From positions 1,120,001-1,184,000 of the forward strand of contig OZ223236.1 in the NCBI GenBank assembly GCA_965140445.1: 64,000 nucleotides of DNA. The letters run 5' to 3'. A program made the translations under genes and the position numbers. The stretch comes from Candidatus Ozemobacteraceae bacterium (GTDB lineage Bacteria > Muiribacteriota > Ozemobacteria > Ozemobacterales > Ozemobacteraceae). Below are positions 37,590 to 48,440 of the stretch, in pieces. Positions within the stretch are counted from its first letter, which is position 1. Every line of letters begins with the position of its first letter. The notes below the pieces were generated by a model. The model was given only the letters and a program-made list of their open reading frames with translations. It was not told the origin of the DNA and did no database searches.

Positions 37590-38405
37590 ATGAAAACAAA
37601 GATTCTTGAAGCAGCTGCCTTCATTAAACAAAAAACGGAAATGCGTCCTACAGTAGCTATGGTTCTGGGTTCTGGGCTAGGCAAATTTGCTGAAGAACTT
37701 GAGTCCCCTGTAGCAATTCCATATTCAGAAATTCCACATTTTCCAGTCTCAACTGTGGTCGGTCATGCCGGTCAGCTGGTAATCGGAAAATCAGGTGGAA
37801 AGGTTGTTATCGCAATGCAGGGACGCTTTCACTACTATGAAGGCTACTCAATGAAGGATATCACCTTCCCAATGAGAGTTATGCTTGAAGTTGGCGTTGA
37901 AGATTTGATCATTACAAATGCTTCAGGTGGATTAAATAGAAATTATAAAGTTGGCGATCTGATGATAATGACAGATCATATTAATTTTATGGGTGGCAAT
38001 CCTCTGATTGGCACAAATGACGACAGCATGGGAACAAGATTCCCTCCAATGCAAGGCGCTTATACTCCAGCTCTTGTGGAAGAAGCCATGAAAATTGGTC
38101 GCGAAATCGGAGCTCCTGTTCAGCGCGGCGTATATGTTGCTGTTACTGGCCCAAATTATGAAACTGCAGCAGAATTGAGAATGCTCAAAATCTGGGGTGC
38201 AGATACTGTTGGAATGTCAACTGTTCCAGAAGTTATTGTTGCTGTTCACGGTGGAATTAAAAGAGTTCTTGGCATTAGCTGCGTAACTGATATGGCTACC
38301 GGCGAAGGTTATGAAGATGTAAACCATGAAGAAGTAATTCAAGTTGCCGCAGCAGCTCAACCTTACTTTTTGGAGCTTCTTAGAAGAATGCTTGAAAGGC
38401 TATAA
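37590..38405 (+). CDS. punA: Purine nucleoside phosphorylase (trimeric family)
   Basis: [33 protein letters not shown]. Confidence 0.93.
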   Translation: MKTKILEAAAFIKQKTEMRPTVAMVLGSGLGKFAEELESPVAIPYSEIPHFPVSTVVGHAGQLVIGKSGGKVVIAMQGRFHYYEGYSMKDITFPMRVMLEVGVEDLIITNASGGLNRNYKVGDLMIMTDHINFMGGNPLIGTNDDSMGTRFPPMQGAYTPALVEEAMKIGREIGAPVQRGVYVAVTGPNYETAAELRMLKIWGADTVGMSTVPEVIVAVHGGIKRVLGISCVTDMATGEGYEDVNHEEVIQVAAAAQPYFLELLRRMLERL

Positions 38406-38410
38406 TCTCG

Positions 38411-39487
38411 ATGCTTGAAAAACTTGAATCGGTCAAGGAACACTTTAAGGAACTTACAGAAAAGCTTTCTGACCCGGCCACGATTTCAAATACTTCAGAA
38501 TTCCAGCGCATTGCGAAAAAGCGATCTGAGCTGGAACCTGTAGTTAACGCATACAACGAATTTAAGCAAATGCTTGATAGCTTTGAAGGCGCAAAGCAGA
38601 TGCTGGAAACTGAAAAAGATCCTGAAATGCGTGAAATGGCTGAGATGGAGCTTGAGGAATTAAAACCACAGCTTCAAAAAATGGAAGATAGTCTGAAATT
38701 CCTCCTTTTGCCAAAAGATAAAGACGACGGAAAGAATACTATTTTTGAAATTCGTGCGGGAACGGGCGGTGATGAAGCTGCTCTTTTTGCATCGGATTTG
38801 TATCGAATGTACTCCAGATACGCTGAAAGGCAAGGATGGAAGTGCGAACTCATGGAAATGAGTGAAACAGGAATCGGCGGAATAAAAGAAGTTGTTTTTT
38901 CTGTCCAGGGCACAGGTGCTTTTGGACGATTAAAGTTTGAAAGCGGAGTTCATAGAGTTCAGAGAGTGCCTCAAACCGAGGCTTCTGGACGAGTTCACAC
39001 TTCTGCAGCCACTGTTGCTGTTCTTCCTGAAGCTGAAGATGTTGACGTTGTAATGGATGAAAATGAGCTTAAAATAGATGTTTTTCGCTCCTCTGGTCCT
39101 GGAGGTCAAAGTGTTAATACTACAGACTCAGCGGTCAGAATTACTCACATTCCAACTGGTATAGTAGTTAGTTGTCAGGACGAAAAGAGTCAGCATAAAA
39201 ATAAAGCAAAGGCCATGCGAATTTTAAAAGCAAGATTGCTTGATAATGCCAGGTTAGTAGCTGATAAGGATCGCGCAGCCAACAGAAAAAGCCAGATTGG
39301 TAGCGGAGATCGCTCTGAAAGAATTAGAACTTACAATTTCCCTCAACAGCGATTAACAGACCACAGGATTGGCTTAACTCTTTACAGGCTGTCTGAAGTT
39401 ATTGACGGTGATTTGGATGAGATTATCTCTAGCTTGATTGAAGCTGACAATTTGCAGAAATTGGCTGCCGAGCAGCATGGGGCATAA
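38411..39487 (+). CDS. prfA: Peptide chain release factor 1
   Basis: GGQ motif, PxT (PQT) specificity motif, followed by prmC. Confidence 0.97.
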   Translation: MLEKLESVKEHFKELTEKLSDPATISNTSEFQRIAKKRSELEPVVNAYNEFKQMLDSFEGAKQMLETEKDPEMREMAEMELEELKPQLQKMEDSLKFLLLPKDKDDGKNTIFEIRAGTGGDEAALFASDLYRMYSRYAERQGWKCELMEMSETGIGGIKEVVFSVQGTGAFGRLKFESGVHRVQRVPQTEASGRVHTSAATVAVLPEAEDVDVVMDENELKIDVFRSSGPGGQSVNTTDSAVRITHIPTGIVVSCQDEKSQHKNKAKAMRILKARLLDNARLVADKDRAANRKSQIGSGDRSERIRTYNFPQQRLTDHRIGLTLYRLSEVIDGDLDEIISSLIEADNLQKLAAEQHGA

Positions 39488-39499
39488 TTTGAGATATTT

Positions 39500-40351
39500 A
39501 TGCTGATTAAAGAGATTTTAAACTCAGCAAAAGAACAATTAGAAAAGGCCGGGGTTGATAGCCCCGGCCTTGATTCTGAATATCTGGCTGCATTTGTTTT
39601 AAATATTTCCAGATCTCAACTTCCTCTAATGTGGAGAGAACAAGCTAAAGAACCTTTTATTAAAAGATTCTCAGGATTACTTGAAAGAAGGATTGCGCGA
39701 GAACCTCTCCAATATATTCTTAGCAGTTGGGGATTTATGGATTTTGATATTTCTGTTGGCCCTGGAGTTCTCATACCACGACCTGAAACTGAAGAACTGG
39801 TAGAAAAAGTGACCAGTATCTTAAAGCAAAAGGGCTATTCCCGTTTTAAATTTGCCGACATAGGCACCGGACCGGGAACGATTGGAATAGCAATCTCCAA
39901 ATGCTTCCCGGAGTCATTTGGAATACTCTCGGACATTAGCTTTGAGGCGTTGAAGTTTGCTCAGAAAAATGCAGAAGACTGTAAAGTCGGAAAACGAGTT
40001 GCAATACTTCAGCAAGGACTTTTGGGGGCATTGGTTGCTAATGAATTTGATCTGATAATTTCCAATCCTCCATATATTGATACCGCAGAAATGCCTGATC
40101 TGATGCCGGAAGTAAGAGATTACGAACCCTGGTTGGCTTTGGATGGTGGAATTGCCGGTCTTGAGTTGATTCATAAACTTATTCCTCAGGCTGAAAAAAG
40201 CCTTAAAAGCAATGGAATTCTGGCAATAGAGCATGGGCATGGACAAAGAAGCGATATTGTAAAATTTGCATCTGATTTTAGTTTTAAAATTTTAGTCGAA
40301 GGAACAGATCTGTTTAAAAATGAAAGATATTTAATTTGGGAAAAATTATAG
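39500..40351 (+). CDS. prmC: Release factor glutamine methyltransferase
   Basis: LIPRPETE, DIGTG.G, SNPPY, EP..ALDGG. Confidence 0.95.
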   Translation: MLIKEILNSAKEQLEKAGVDSPGLDSEYLAAFVLNISRSQLPLMWREQAKEPFIKRFSGLLERRIAREPLQYILSSWGFMDFDISVGPGVLIPRPETEELVEKVTSILKQKGYSRFKFADIGTGPGTIGIAISKCFPESFGILSDISFEALKFAQKNAEDCKVGKRVAILQQGLLGALVANEFDLIISNPPYIDTAEMPDLMPEVRDYEPWLALDGGIAGLELIHKLIPQAEKSLKSNGILAIEHGHGQRSDIVKFASDFSFKILVEGTDLFKNERYLIWEKL

Positions 40352-40354
40352 ATC

Positions 40355-40984
40355 ATGAAACGAGTTAAAATTGATTCTTTACTAAATGATAAAACTCTAT
40401 TTTTGGAATTTAATTCCAGTATGGCAAACGGTGCTGTAGCAATCCTTCCAACTGATACACTTTATGGATTTGCAGCTGATTCGTCCTCAAAGGATGCGGT
40501 AAGAAAGATTTATGAAATAAAAGGAAGGGACGAGCAAAAACCCTTTATTTTATTTATGGATAAAATGGAAAGAATTAAGGAAATTAATCTTCAGTTCCCC
40601 GAAGTTTGGGTTCCAGGATTGCTTGAAATTTGGCCTGGAGCGCTTACAGCTATTGTTGATATTAAGAAAAAATGCGATGACTTAAAAGCGTTTGATTTTT
40701 CCTCAATCGGCGTAAGAATTCCAGACCACCAGAAGCTCCTTTCCTTATTAGGCATATATAGCGGTTTTTTTCTTACTACCAGTGCAAATAGATCTGATCA
40801 GGGCAATATCTTCAATCCGGATGAGCTTCAAAAAGAATTTGAATCTGAAGTTGATTGGCTTATTGATGACGGAGTTCTAAAAAATAGTAAAGCATCAACT
40901 GTAGTTCGTTTATTGCCTGATTCAGCTCAAGTTTTGCGACAGGGAGCTGTTGAATTTAATGTAAATTTGCCGCAATTGCTTTGA
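40355..40984 (+). CDS. tsaC: Threonylcarbamoyl-AMP synthase (YrdC domain)
   Basis: PTDTLYG, K.R..KP, WPG.LT, GVRIP, TTSAN.S, STVV. Confidence 0.9.
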   Translation: MKRVKIDSLLNDKTLFLEFNSSMANGAVAILPTDTLYGFAADSSSKDAVRKIYEIKGRDEQKPFILFMDKMERIKEINLQFPEVWVPGLLEIWPGALTAIVDIKKKCDDLKAFDFSSIGVRIPDHQKLLSLLGIYSGFFLTTSANRSDQGNIFNPDELQKEFESEVDWLIDDGVLKNSKASTVVRLLPDSAQVLRQGAVEFNVNLPQLL

Positions 40985-41091
40985 ATTGCTTTTCAAATTG
41001 CCGATTCTAGTCTATGAGCAAAAGTTTTGCTGAAAAAAAAAACCACCATGTGGTAAAATTGGAAATCTAATCTGCCTCTCTTCTGTTTAAA

Positions 41092-42885
41092 ATGAAAAAA
41101 AGAATACCTCTTCAATTAAAACTTATGGTTCTGATGCTGGTTTTGTTGCTAATACCTGTATTAGCAGTTAACTACATATTTAGCGTGTCCAAAGACAAGG
41201 TTTTCCAAACCAGAAATGTAATCACTGGAACCAGGAATCTTGCTTTACAGCTACAGGAGCTACCAAAAACTCTTGCCTTGGAAGAGGGAATTCTCAATGG
41301 CGGAGATATGGACTTGATTATTGCTCAAAAAGAAGAGGAGCTAAATCGTGCCAATGAGGCCCTAAAAGAATCTGAAGATGCTGGTGCAGATGCAGAGGGT
41401 TCAAACGAGGATGTAGCCCCCGAAACTGATTCGACTGATGATAAAACAGAAACCGGCACTGAAGCTGAGATAAAAAGTGATGATAATACAGAAACCGTTG
41501 ACTCAGAAAATCTTGATGCAGCCCAGGAAGAGGCTGTGGTTGAGGGAGATGAAAATGCTTCTGCAACTGTTGTTAAACGGCTGAAGCTTACTCCGGCTCA
41601 AATTGAGGCAATTAGAAAAAAAGAAAAGAGAAAAGCCCAGGAAGAACTGGATATGAAAATCCAGAATTCTCAGATTCTTGATGATTTTATTGAGGCTAAA
41701 CAAAAGGAACTTGATAGTCTTGACGAAGGGCTTAAAGACTTGGAAACTTTTGCTGATGTTTTTTACTTCGGAACCATTATTTTTGTTCCTTTTTCTCTAG
41801 TTTTGCTCTGGTTTGTGATTAATCAGCTCTCAATTCCTGTAAGAGAAGTCGTGGAAAAATTGAGAAGCTTTCAGAATGAGGATCCAGAACAGTCCAAAGC
41901 TGATATGCTTGAGTGCGCAATCTCATTTGATTCTTTTTTACAGACAGCAAAAACTATTTTGACTGAGACTTATTCTATAGCTCAAGAGCTGAATCGAAAG
42001 CTTGAACCTTTAACTGGAATGGCTGTTTTCTCTGATGATAATGTAAGTCAGTTCTTTACAGATGTGCAGGAAATTTCCAGAAGTTCAAATTATATTGCTA
42101 ATACTCTCGATATAACTACCTCTAGCATTCAGGAAGTCTCGACTTCTGCTCAGACTATTGCTGACAGATCTCAGGAAGCCGCTCAAGATGCTGCTGAGGC
42201 TTCTTCTATTGCAACTGAAGGTAGAAATGCGGTTTCAGAAACTATCGACACTATGGAGCAGATTAAAGACGAAGTTCTTGGCCTGGAAGACGTTATTGAA
42301 AATCTTAACTCTGCAGGTAAAGAAATCGGTGAAATCGTAAATACTATTACCAATATTGCATATCAGACTAACCTTCTTGCTCTCAATGCCGCCATTGAGG
42401 CCGCAAGAGCCGGAGAGCATGGACAGGGATTCAACGTTGTTGCCGGCGAGGTTAGAAAGTTGGCTGAAGAATCTGGAGAAGCGGCTGAGGATATCGGTAA
42501 AAAGATTAAAGAAATGCTTTTAAAAACCGGAAAAGCTGTTGAGACTATTAACCGTGGTGCCGAGAAGGTTATTGACGGGGTTAACATTGCTAATGTGGCC
42601 GGTAACAATCTTGATTCAATTGTTAGCTCGGTAAACAACGTTAATAAAATGATTCAAGAGATCAGTAAAGCCTCTTCTGAACAATCAGAAAACATTGATT
42701 CTTTGCGTGGAAGTATCGAATCGATAACTGGTGCAACCAAGATAACCTCAGAGGGAACCAAGCGTGTTGCTACTGCTGTAAATGAACAACTATCTCACAT
42801 CAGACAGTATATTTCGGTTACCAAAGAACTTTTAACTTTGGTTCAGCTTATGAGTGATATGTTGGATAAATTTAACCTGCATTAA
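41092..42885 (+). CDS. Methyl-accepting chemotaxis protein
   Basis: [32 protein letters not shown] hairpin tip; two TM segments. Confidence 0.93.
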   Translation: MKKRIPLQLKLMVLMLVLLLIPVLAVNYIFSVSKDKVFQTRNVITGTRNLALQLQELPKTLALEEGILNGGDMDLIIAQKEEELNRANEALKESEDAGADAEGSNEDVAPETDSTDDKTETGTEAEIKSDDNTETVDSENLDAAQEEAVVEGDENASATVVKRLKLTPAQIEAIRKKEKRKAQEELDMKIQNSQILDDFIEAKQKELDSLDEGLKDLETFADVFYFGTIIFVPFSLVLLWFVINQLSIPVREVVEKLRSFQNEDPEQSKADMLECAISFDSFLQTAKTILTETYSIAQELNRKLEPLTGMAVFSDDNVSQFFTDVQEISRSSNYIANTLDITTSSIQEVSTSAQTIADRSQEAAQDAAEASSIATEGRNAVSETIDTMEQIKDEVLGLEDVIENLNSAGKEIGEIVNTITNIAYQTNLLALNAAIEAARAGEHGQGFNVVAGEVRKLAEESGEAAEDIGKKIKEMLLKTGKAVETINRGAEKVIDGVNIANVAGNNLDSIVSSVNNVNKMIQEISKASSEQSENIDSLRGSIESITGATKITSEGTKRVATAVNEQLSHIRQYISVTKELLTLVQLMSDMLDKFNLH

Positions 42886-42961
42886 GTTTATTTTTTACTT
42901 TTTTTAAATATTTCAATTTCTTCCCCTTCCTTGCCGATGTATTGACAGAAGGGGGGGACTC

Positions 42962-43984
42962 ATGACCCAAAACTCATTATATTCACTCAAATTTGATGAT
43001 TTTAAGCAGATCGTTGGTGATCTGGGAATGCCTGCTTTTAGAGCAAAACAGGTCTGGGAGTGGGTTTTTCAGAAATTTGTTTTTAATTTTGATGAGATGA
43101 CAAATCTTTCAAAAAAAGACATAGAAAAACTCAAAGAAAGTTTCCCCACTATTCTTCCACCCGTAGAAAAAGTTTTAAAAGATTCCGATGGAACGATGAA
43201 AGCTCTTTTAAAATTGGAAGATGGTGAGCTCATTGAAGCTGTAGCGCTGCCTGAAGGAAAAAATATGACATTTTGCTTGTCATCTCAGGTTGGCTGTTCT
43301 GTAAAATGTGTCTTTTGTCGTACCGGAAAACATGGCTTGGTTAGGAATTTGACTGCAGAAGAAATTATTTTGCAGGTTCTGGTTTTAATAAGAAAAACTG
43401 GGCAAAAACCTACAAATATTGTTTTTATGGGAATGGGAGAACCATTTCATAATACTAGAGAAGTTTTTAAAAGTATTGATTTCCTTACCGACCAGAAAGG
43501 TTTAGGAATGGCAACCAGACGAATTACTATTTCTACATCTGGAGTTATTGAAGGCATTGAAGCATTAACTAACCGTCCGGGTGAAGTTAATCTCGCAGTA
43601 TCCTTGCATGCAGTAGATGATGTAACAAGGGCTCGTTTGGTTCCATCAAGTAAAAACTTTTCAACCAGAAAACTGCGTGAAGCGATTTCAAGCTACATTT
43701 CTTTGTCAGGAAGGCGTGTAACTTTTGAAATGGTTTTGTTAAAGAATTTAAACGACCAACTGTCGGATGCTCATAATCTTGTGAGCTTTTGCGAAGGGCT
43801 TAACTGTCATATAAACATTGTGAGATTCAACAAATTTCCAGGTTGTAAATTTGAGCCAGCGCCTTTGGCAATGGAAAAGGAATTTAGAAAGCTCCTAAAA
43901 AATGCTGGTATTCCAGTAACGGTAAGAAAATCTAAGGGTAGCGAGATTCTCGCAGCCTGTGGACAACTCTCAGGGAAAGACTGA
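42962..43984 (+). CDS. rlmN: 23S rRNA/tRNA m2A methyltransferase (radical SAM)
   Basis: CLSSQVGC...CVFC, FMGMGEP, LAVSLHA, AACGQL. Confidence 0.95.
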   Translation: MTQNSLYSLKFDDFKQIVGDLGMPAFRAKQVWEWVFQKFVFNFDEMTNLSKKDIEKLKESFPTILPPVEKVLKDSDGTMKALLKLEDGELIEAVALPEGKNMTFCLSSQVGCSVKCVFCRTGKHGLVRNLTAEEIILQVLVLIRKTGQKPTNIVFMGMGEPFHNTREVFKSIDFLTDQKGLGMATRRITISTSGVIEGIEALTNRPGEVNLAVSLHAVDDVTRARLVPSSKNFSTRKLREAISSYISLSGRRVTFEMVLLKNLNDQLSDAHNLVSFCEGLNCHINIVRFNKFPGCKFEPAPLAMEKEFRKLLKNAGIPVTVRKSKGSEILAACGQLSGKD

Positions 43985-45147
43985 TGGCTAAAAAAAGAAG
44001 TGAATCGTGTGTCTCTATACTTTTTAAAATGACACTTTTGATAACAGTGCTGCTTGCAGTAATTGTTGGCGGAGTATTTTTCGCCTATCAAAAGTTAAAT
44101 GAATTTTTTAATCGCGGTGGAACTATCGAAGTGCCAGATTTCCGTGGCAAGCATATTGTTGAAGTTATGAAAAACAAGCCGAAAGGTCTTGAAATAGTTA
44201 GACGCGATGAAAAATTTGATGAAAGGTATGCACGTGATCACGTTCTTGCCCAATACCCGGAACCTGGTACGGTTGTAAGGCCGGGTAAAAAAGTGCAATT
44301 ATCTATTTCACTTGGGTTGCAGAAGGTTAGAGTGCCAAAGCTCACTGAAAATAACCTTAGAGAAGTTGACCTTGCTTTACTAAACGCACAATTGATTTCT
44401 GGAAACAGGGCTTATGTTTACTCAGACGACGTCGCTCATGACAGAGTTATAAACCAGTCGCCTCTCCCTGATGCAGAATTTGGTGTAAACAAAAAAGTAG
44501 ATTTGCTTATCAGTCTGGGAAAGAAAACCTCATCTTATCCTTTACCTGATTTAACAGGGTCTAATCTTGATGATGCGAGAAAAAAAGTTAAATCATGGGG
44601 CTTCAACGTTGGTCGCGTGTATTCAAAAAAAGATCCTGGAAAACCAAAGTTTCAGGTTATTTCAACCCAACCTTCTCCATATAGCAGTGTCAGAAAGGGC
44701 GATGTAATCAGCATTTTGATTTCAGCTGGAGACGATGATGGAACAGCGAGCTGGAAGGATTTACGGAAATTCGAAATATTCTCTGGGGCAGAGTCAAATA
44801 GTGTGGAAGAAATTTCAGCTCCGATCAAAAAGTCGAGTTCTGCAGTTGCACCACCAAGAATATTGATTGCTGATGATTCAAACGGTCAAAGAGTAATAAA
44901 TAATCCCATAAATCCTCCGGTAAATAATTCTGTTTCTGAAAAACAGTTAAGCTTTGTAATGCCTGATGGATTCATGCCTAAGGAAGTAAAGTTTATTCAT
45001 ATTTCCAGTCAGGGAAGAAATCAAATTTACTCCGGAACACATAAACCTTTAGATCTTGTTAAGGTAAACGTACCTAATGTGCCGAATAGTAAAGTACAGA
45101 TATATATTAACGACGTTCCAATAGAAGAAAGAAAGATTGAGCCATAG
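43984..45147 (+). CDS. Membrane-anchored protein with three PASTA domains and a C-terminal Ig-like domain
   Basis: N-terminal TM; repeats starting VPDFRG, VPKLTE, LPDLTG, each with V..Q.P and ending LxISxG. Confidence 0.9.
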   Translation: MAKKRSESCVSILFKMTLLITVLLAVIVGGVFFAYQKLNEFFNRGGTIEVPDFRGKHIVEVMKNKPKGLEIVRRDEKFDERYARDHVLAQYPEPGTVVRPGKKVQLSISLGLQKVRVPKLTENNLREVDLALLNAQLISGNRAYVYSDDVAHDRVINQSPLPDAEFGVNKKVDLLISLGKKTSSYPLPDLTGSNLDDARKKVKSWGFNVGRVYSKKDPGKPKFQVISTQPSPYSSVRKGDVISILISAGDDDGTASWKDLRKFEIFSGAESNSVEEISAPIKKSSSAVAPPRILIADDSNGQRVINNPINPPVNNSVSEKQLSFVMPDGFMPKEVKFIHISSQGRNQIYSGTHKPLDLVKVNVPNVPNSKVQIYINDVPIEERKIEP

Positions 45148-45173
45148 GCTTAAACCTTTCAACGGAGGCAGAA

Positions 45174-46367
45174 ATGATCGGTGAAATACTAAATGAAAAA
45201 TATAGACTTGAGAATGCATTGTCAGAAAGCCATGTATATGAAGTCTATGAAGCTCTTGAAATTTCTACAGGCGTAACTGTTGTAGTTAAGCTATTGAAGG
45301 AATACATGGCAGCAAACCCTGAAAGGGTAAAAACCTTTAGTCAGGAAATTCAAAACTTTGCCGGCTTATCCCATCCATCTATTGCTGAAATTCTAGATAT
45401 TGACCTATATGAAGATCGCCCATATGTAGTTACTGAAAAAGTAGAGGGAGAAGATCTCCACTATTGGATTAAAAATAATCCGCTTCCTTTTGTTGATTGC
45501 GTGCATCTGGTTCAGGAATTGGCTGGTATTTTGCAATATGCTTTTGATTCAGGTGTGGACCATAGAAATATAAAACTTTCAAATGTTCTTAGAACAGATA
45601 AGGGAAAAGTAACTGTGCTTTCCTTTACTCATCCAAGATTGAAATTAGCTGGAAAACTTTCTTCTACTTCAAAGAGTGGAGTTCAGTCAGACTTATTCTT
45701 CCTGGGTTCTACTTTATTTGAACTTCTTACCGGTGAGTCTGTAATTAGACGAAGAGGTGGAGTTAATGAACTTTGGGAAATGAAGTTAGCTAAACAGCTG
45801 AGAATTAAGCACGCGAACCTTGAACCTTCACAGATTGAGCGAGTTACTGATTTTGTTAAGAGAACACTAACCAGAGATTTTGTAAATAGATTTAATGACC
45901 ACGAAGAATTTTTAAAAGCTCTTGCTGATCTTGCTGGAATGGAACGTAAAAACAGGATCAAAGAAAGAACTAAACAAATGTCTATGGCTTCTCAAGTTGT
46001 GGACGCTATTAATGGAAGAATGTCAAATGTGCTTCCAGTTGTTACGAGCAGCTCCAGAAAAATGGAAAGTGTAGCTTCTCCAATGGCAAGTTCTGAAACA
46101 GTGGCTCAAGAAAACAATGAAACTACTGGAGTTTGCGAAACAAATGGTAATCTTGCGCTAAAAGTGATTGCCGAGAATAAAGATGTAGGATTTTCAGAAG
46201 ATAGTAAAAAGCCTGCTCTCAAGCTTTTAAAGTCAACAAAGCCAGCGGCTGCCAATCGTGTGTCTTCTGATATGTGGGAAAATGAAAGTGCTCATTGGCT
46301 TAGAAACCCTGTAATATTCATGGGAAGCTGTTTGATACTGATGGTTTTCCTGATTATTTTCTGGTAA
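45174..46367 (+). CDS. PknB/PrkC-like Ser/Thr kinase-fold protein with degenerate catalytic motifs and C-terminal TM
   Basis: VVVK, LSHPSIA.I.D, TE.VEG.DL, HRNIK.SNVL, SDLF.LG.TLFELLTG. Confidence 0.85.
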   Translation: MIGEILNEKYRLENALSESHVYEVYEALEISTGVTVVVKLLKEYMAANPERVKTFSQEIQNFAGLSHPSIAEILDIDLYEDRPYVVTEKVEGEDLHYWIKNNPLPFVDCVHLVQELAGILQYAFDSGVDHRNIKLSNVLRTDKGKVTVLSFTHPRLKLAGKLSSTSKSGVQSDLFFLGSTLFELLTGESVIRRRGGVNELWEMKLAKQLRIKHANLEPSQIERVTDFVKRTLTRDFVNRFNDHEEFLKALADLAGMERKNRIKERTKQMSMASQVVDAINGRMSNVLPVVTSSSRKMESVASPMASSETVAQENNETTGVCETNGNLALKVIAENKDVGFSEDSKKPALKLLKSTKPAAANRVSSDMWENESAHWLRNPVIFMGSCLILMVFLIIFW

Positions 46368-46377
46368 ATTATAAAGC

Positions 46378-47040
46378 ATGGAAAAAAATAGAACTTTAAT
46401 TGCTCCGTCGATTCTTTCGGCGGATTTTGCTTTTCTGGCAGAAGGCCTCAATTTGCTCAAAAATTCAGGAGCAGATTGGGTTCATATCGATGTAATGGAT
46501 GGGCATTTTGTTCCAAATTTAACCTTTGGCCCTCCAGTTATTAAGGCTTTAAGAAAGCATTGTGATTTGCCCTTTGATGTTCACCTCATGATTGAAGAAC
46601 CTGAAAGATGGATTGAGGCTTATAAAGAAGCGGGGGCTGACAGGCTTACTTTTCATCTTGAAGCTTGCAACCATTCACATAGATATTTAAGTCTCGTGAA
46701 AGAGCATGGTATGGCCTCTGGGATAACTTTAAATCCACAAACTCCAGTTGAAGGATTGGAAAATATTCTCGATGTATGTGATCAGGTTTTGATTATGAGT
46801 GTTAATCCTGGCTTTGGTGGACAAAAGTTTATCGAATCTTCCATAGCTAAAATTAAAAAATTGAAAGAAATTATTGAGAAAAATTCTTTTAAAACACTGA
46901 TTCAAGTTGATGGTGGTGTCAGTTTGAAAAATGCGCAAAGAATTGTAGAAGCAGGTGCCGATATATTAGTAATGGGCTCTGCATTCTTTTCAGCTAATGA
47001 CAAAACAGCATTGGTCAAGGAAGTTCAGAGCCTCAAATAA
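46378..47040 (+). CDS. rpe: Ribulose-phosphate 3-epimerase
   Basis: APSILSADF, HIDVMDGHFVPN, DVHLM, MSVNPGFGGQ, VDGG. Confidence 0.97.
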   Translation: MEKNRTLIAPSILSADFAFLAEGLNLLKNSGADWVHIDVMDGHFVPNLTFGPPVIKALRKHCDLPFDVHLMIEEPERWIEAYKEAGADRLTFHLEACNHSHRYLSLVKEHGMASGITLNPQTPVEGLENILDVCDQVLIMSVNPGFGGQKFIESSIAKIKKLKEIIEKNSFKTLIQVDGGVSLKNAQRIVEAGADILVMGSAFFSANDKTALVKEVQSLK

Positions 47041-47063
47041 ATATAGAATTATGAGGCAAACAC

Positions 47064-48407
47064 ATGCTAGAAGGTCCAAGAGGCTTTTCAGGTCTTCTCT
47101 TACAGCTGGAAGCTGAGAGTCAACACAACCCAAATGATATCGAATTAATGCAACGACTTGGGCGGCTCTATTTCAGAAACAACTCGATTGAAGAGGCCAC
47201 AAGAGTTTTCCGTCAGATACTTCAGCTGGACGAAAACAATCTAAGTGCGCTAGTTGAGCTTTCTCTTTGCTTAAGCAAATCAGGAAACTTCGATGAGGCT
47301 GAGTTTAATCTTGAAAGAGCTCAAGAGATTCGACCCGGCTTTCACACGCTTTACCTTGCTTTTTCCAGGCTTAATGAAGCAAAAGGAAATGCTGAACTTC
47401 AGGTGTCTTATATGATGAGAGCTGCGAATGCTGCTCCTGATAAACTTGAGATTAGATTAGCATTGGCCGATTTATTGAAAAAGTATGGAGATCTTAGTGG
47501 AGCTATTTTCCAATACAAATTGATTTTGGAAAAGAATCCAAACTTTGAAGCTGCGCTTTTTGCGTTGGGTACGATTTACATGAAAAAGAATGAGCTTTCT
47601 GAAGCGGTAAAACTTTTTCAAAAAGTTATCAGCTATAATCCAGGAGCCTTTGACGCTCATTTTAATCTTGGGAGTTGCTTTTTTAGACAAAAAAAATACA
47701 GCTATGCTTTAAAAAATCTTCATTTTGCAGTTAGATCTCCTGACTTGCAGAGAAAATCTCTATATTTAATTTCCCAAAGCTATACAAAGCTTGGCGACTT
47801 TGATCGAGCAATTGTAACCATGGAAAAACTTGCTGAAAGCGATGAAACAAATATTTCCTATCAAAAGTGTTTGGCTGAATTGTATGAAATGACTGAAGAA
47901 TTTGATTTGGCAAAGGATTGCTATAGAAGGCTTGCTTCTAACTTTCCGGAACGCCCGGAGTTCTTGGTAAAACACGCTATGATGCTGATCAAGCTAAAGG
48001 ACTTTTCATCTGCAGAGAAAGCTTTGGACACTCTTTTCAGGTTTCATCCCGGACACATTGATGGCCATAGGATTCTTGGCGAGATGTACCGATCCACAGG
48101 AAAATATAAGCTTGCAATAGAGGAATTTAAGCGAACTTTATTAATTAATGAAAATTTTATTCCTGGAATTCTTGGAATGGCAGAAGTTTATAAAGAAATA
48201 GAAGATCAGGAAAAGGAATACGAAATGCTACAACTCGCTACCGAAAAAGGTACAGAGACTGCTAACCTGGTATTCCGTCTAGGAGAACTTGAGCGGAATT
48301 TAAAAATGCCCACATCTATAGATCGATTTAAGCGAGTGAGAGAGCTAGCACCAGAAACGGTGTTTGCTCGAGAGGCAGAGTATTATTTACGCCATCAGGC
48401 TGCATAA
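47064..48407 (+). CDS. Tetratricopeptide repeat protein
   Basis: Tandem ~34-aa repeats (e.g. ALFALG.IY, AHFNLG..F, GHRILGEMY). Confidence 0.88.
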   Translation: MLEGPRGFSGLLLQLEAESQHNPNDIELMQRLGRLYFRNNSIEEATRVFRQILQLDENNLSALVELSLCLSKSGNFDEAEFNLERAQEIRPGFHTLYLAFSRLNEAKGNAELQVSYMMRAANAAPDKLEIRLALADLLKKYGDLSGAIFQYKLILEKNPNFEAALFALGTIYMKKNELSEAVKLFQKVISYNPGAFDAHFNLGSCFFRQKKYSYALKNLHFAVRSPDLQRKSLYLISQSYTKLGDFDRAIVTMEKLAESDETNISYQKCLAELYEMTEEFDLAKDCYRRLASNFPERPEFLVKHAMMLIKLKDFSSAEKALDTLFRFHPGHIDGHRILGEMYRSTGKYKLAIEEFKRTLLINENFIPGILGMAEVYKEIEDQEKEYEMLQLATEKGTETANLVFRLGELERNLKMPTSIDRFKRVRELAPETVFAREAEYYLRHQAA

Positions 48408-48440
48408 AAAAAATCCCCAGTTGGGGATTTTTTTTTATGC
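48402..48440. terminator. Bidirectional terminator overlapping both stop codons
   Basis: A8-TCCCCA-GT-TGGGGA-T9 between convergent genes. Confidence 0.85.

Noticed and set aside
41033..41042. A10 run in the MCP promoter as a phase-variation tract
   Set aside because: A/T runs of 8-10 are frequent in this AT-rich sequence; no evidence without read data
42920..42958. Imperfect hairpin covering the rlmN RBS
   Set aside because: Mismatched stem with no further regulatory evidence
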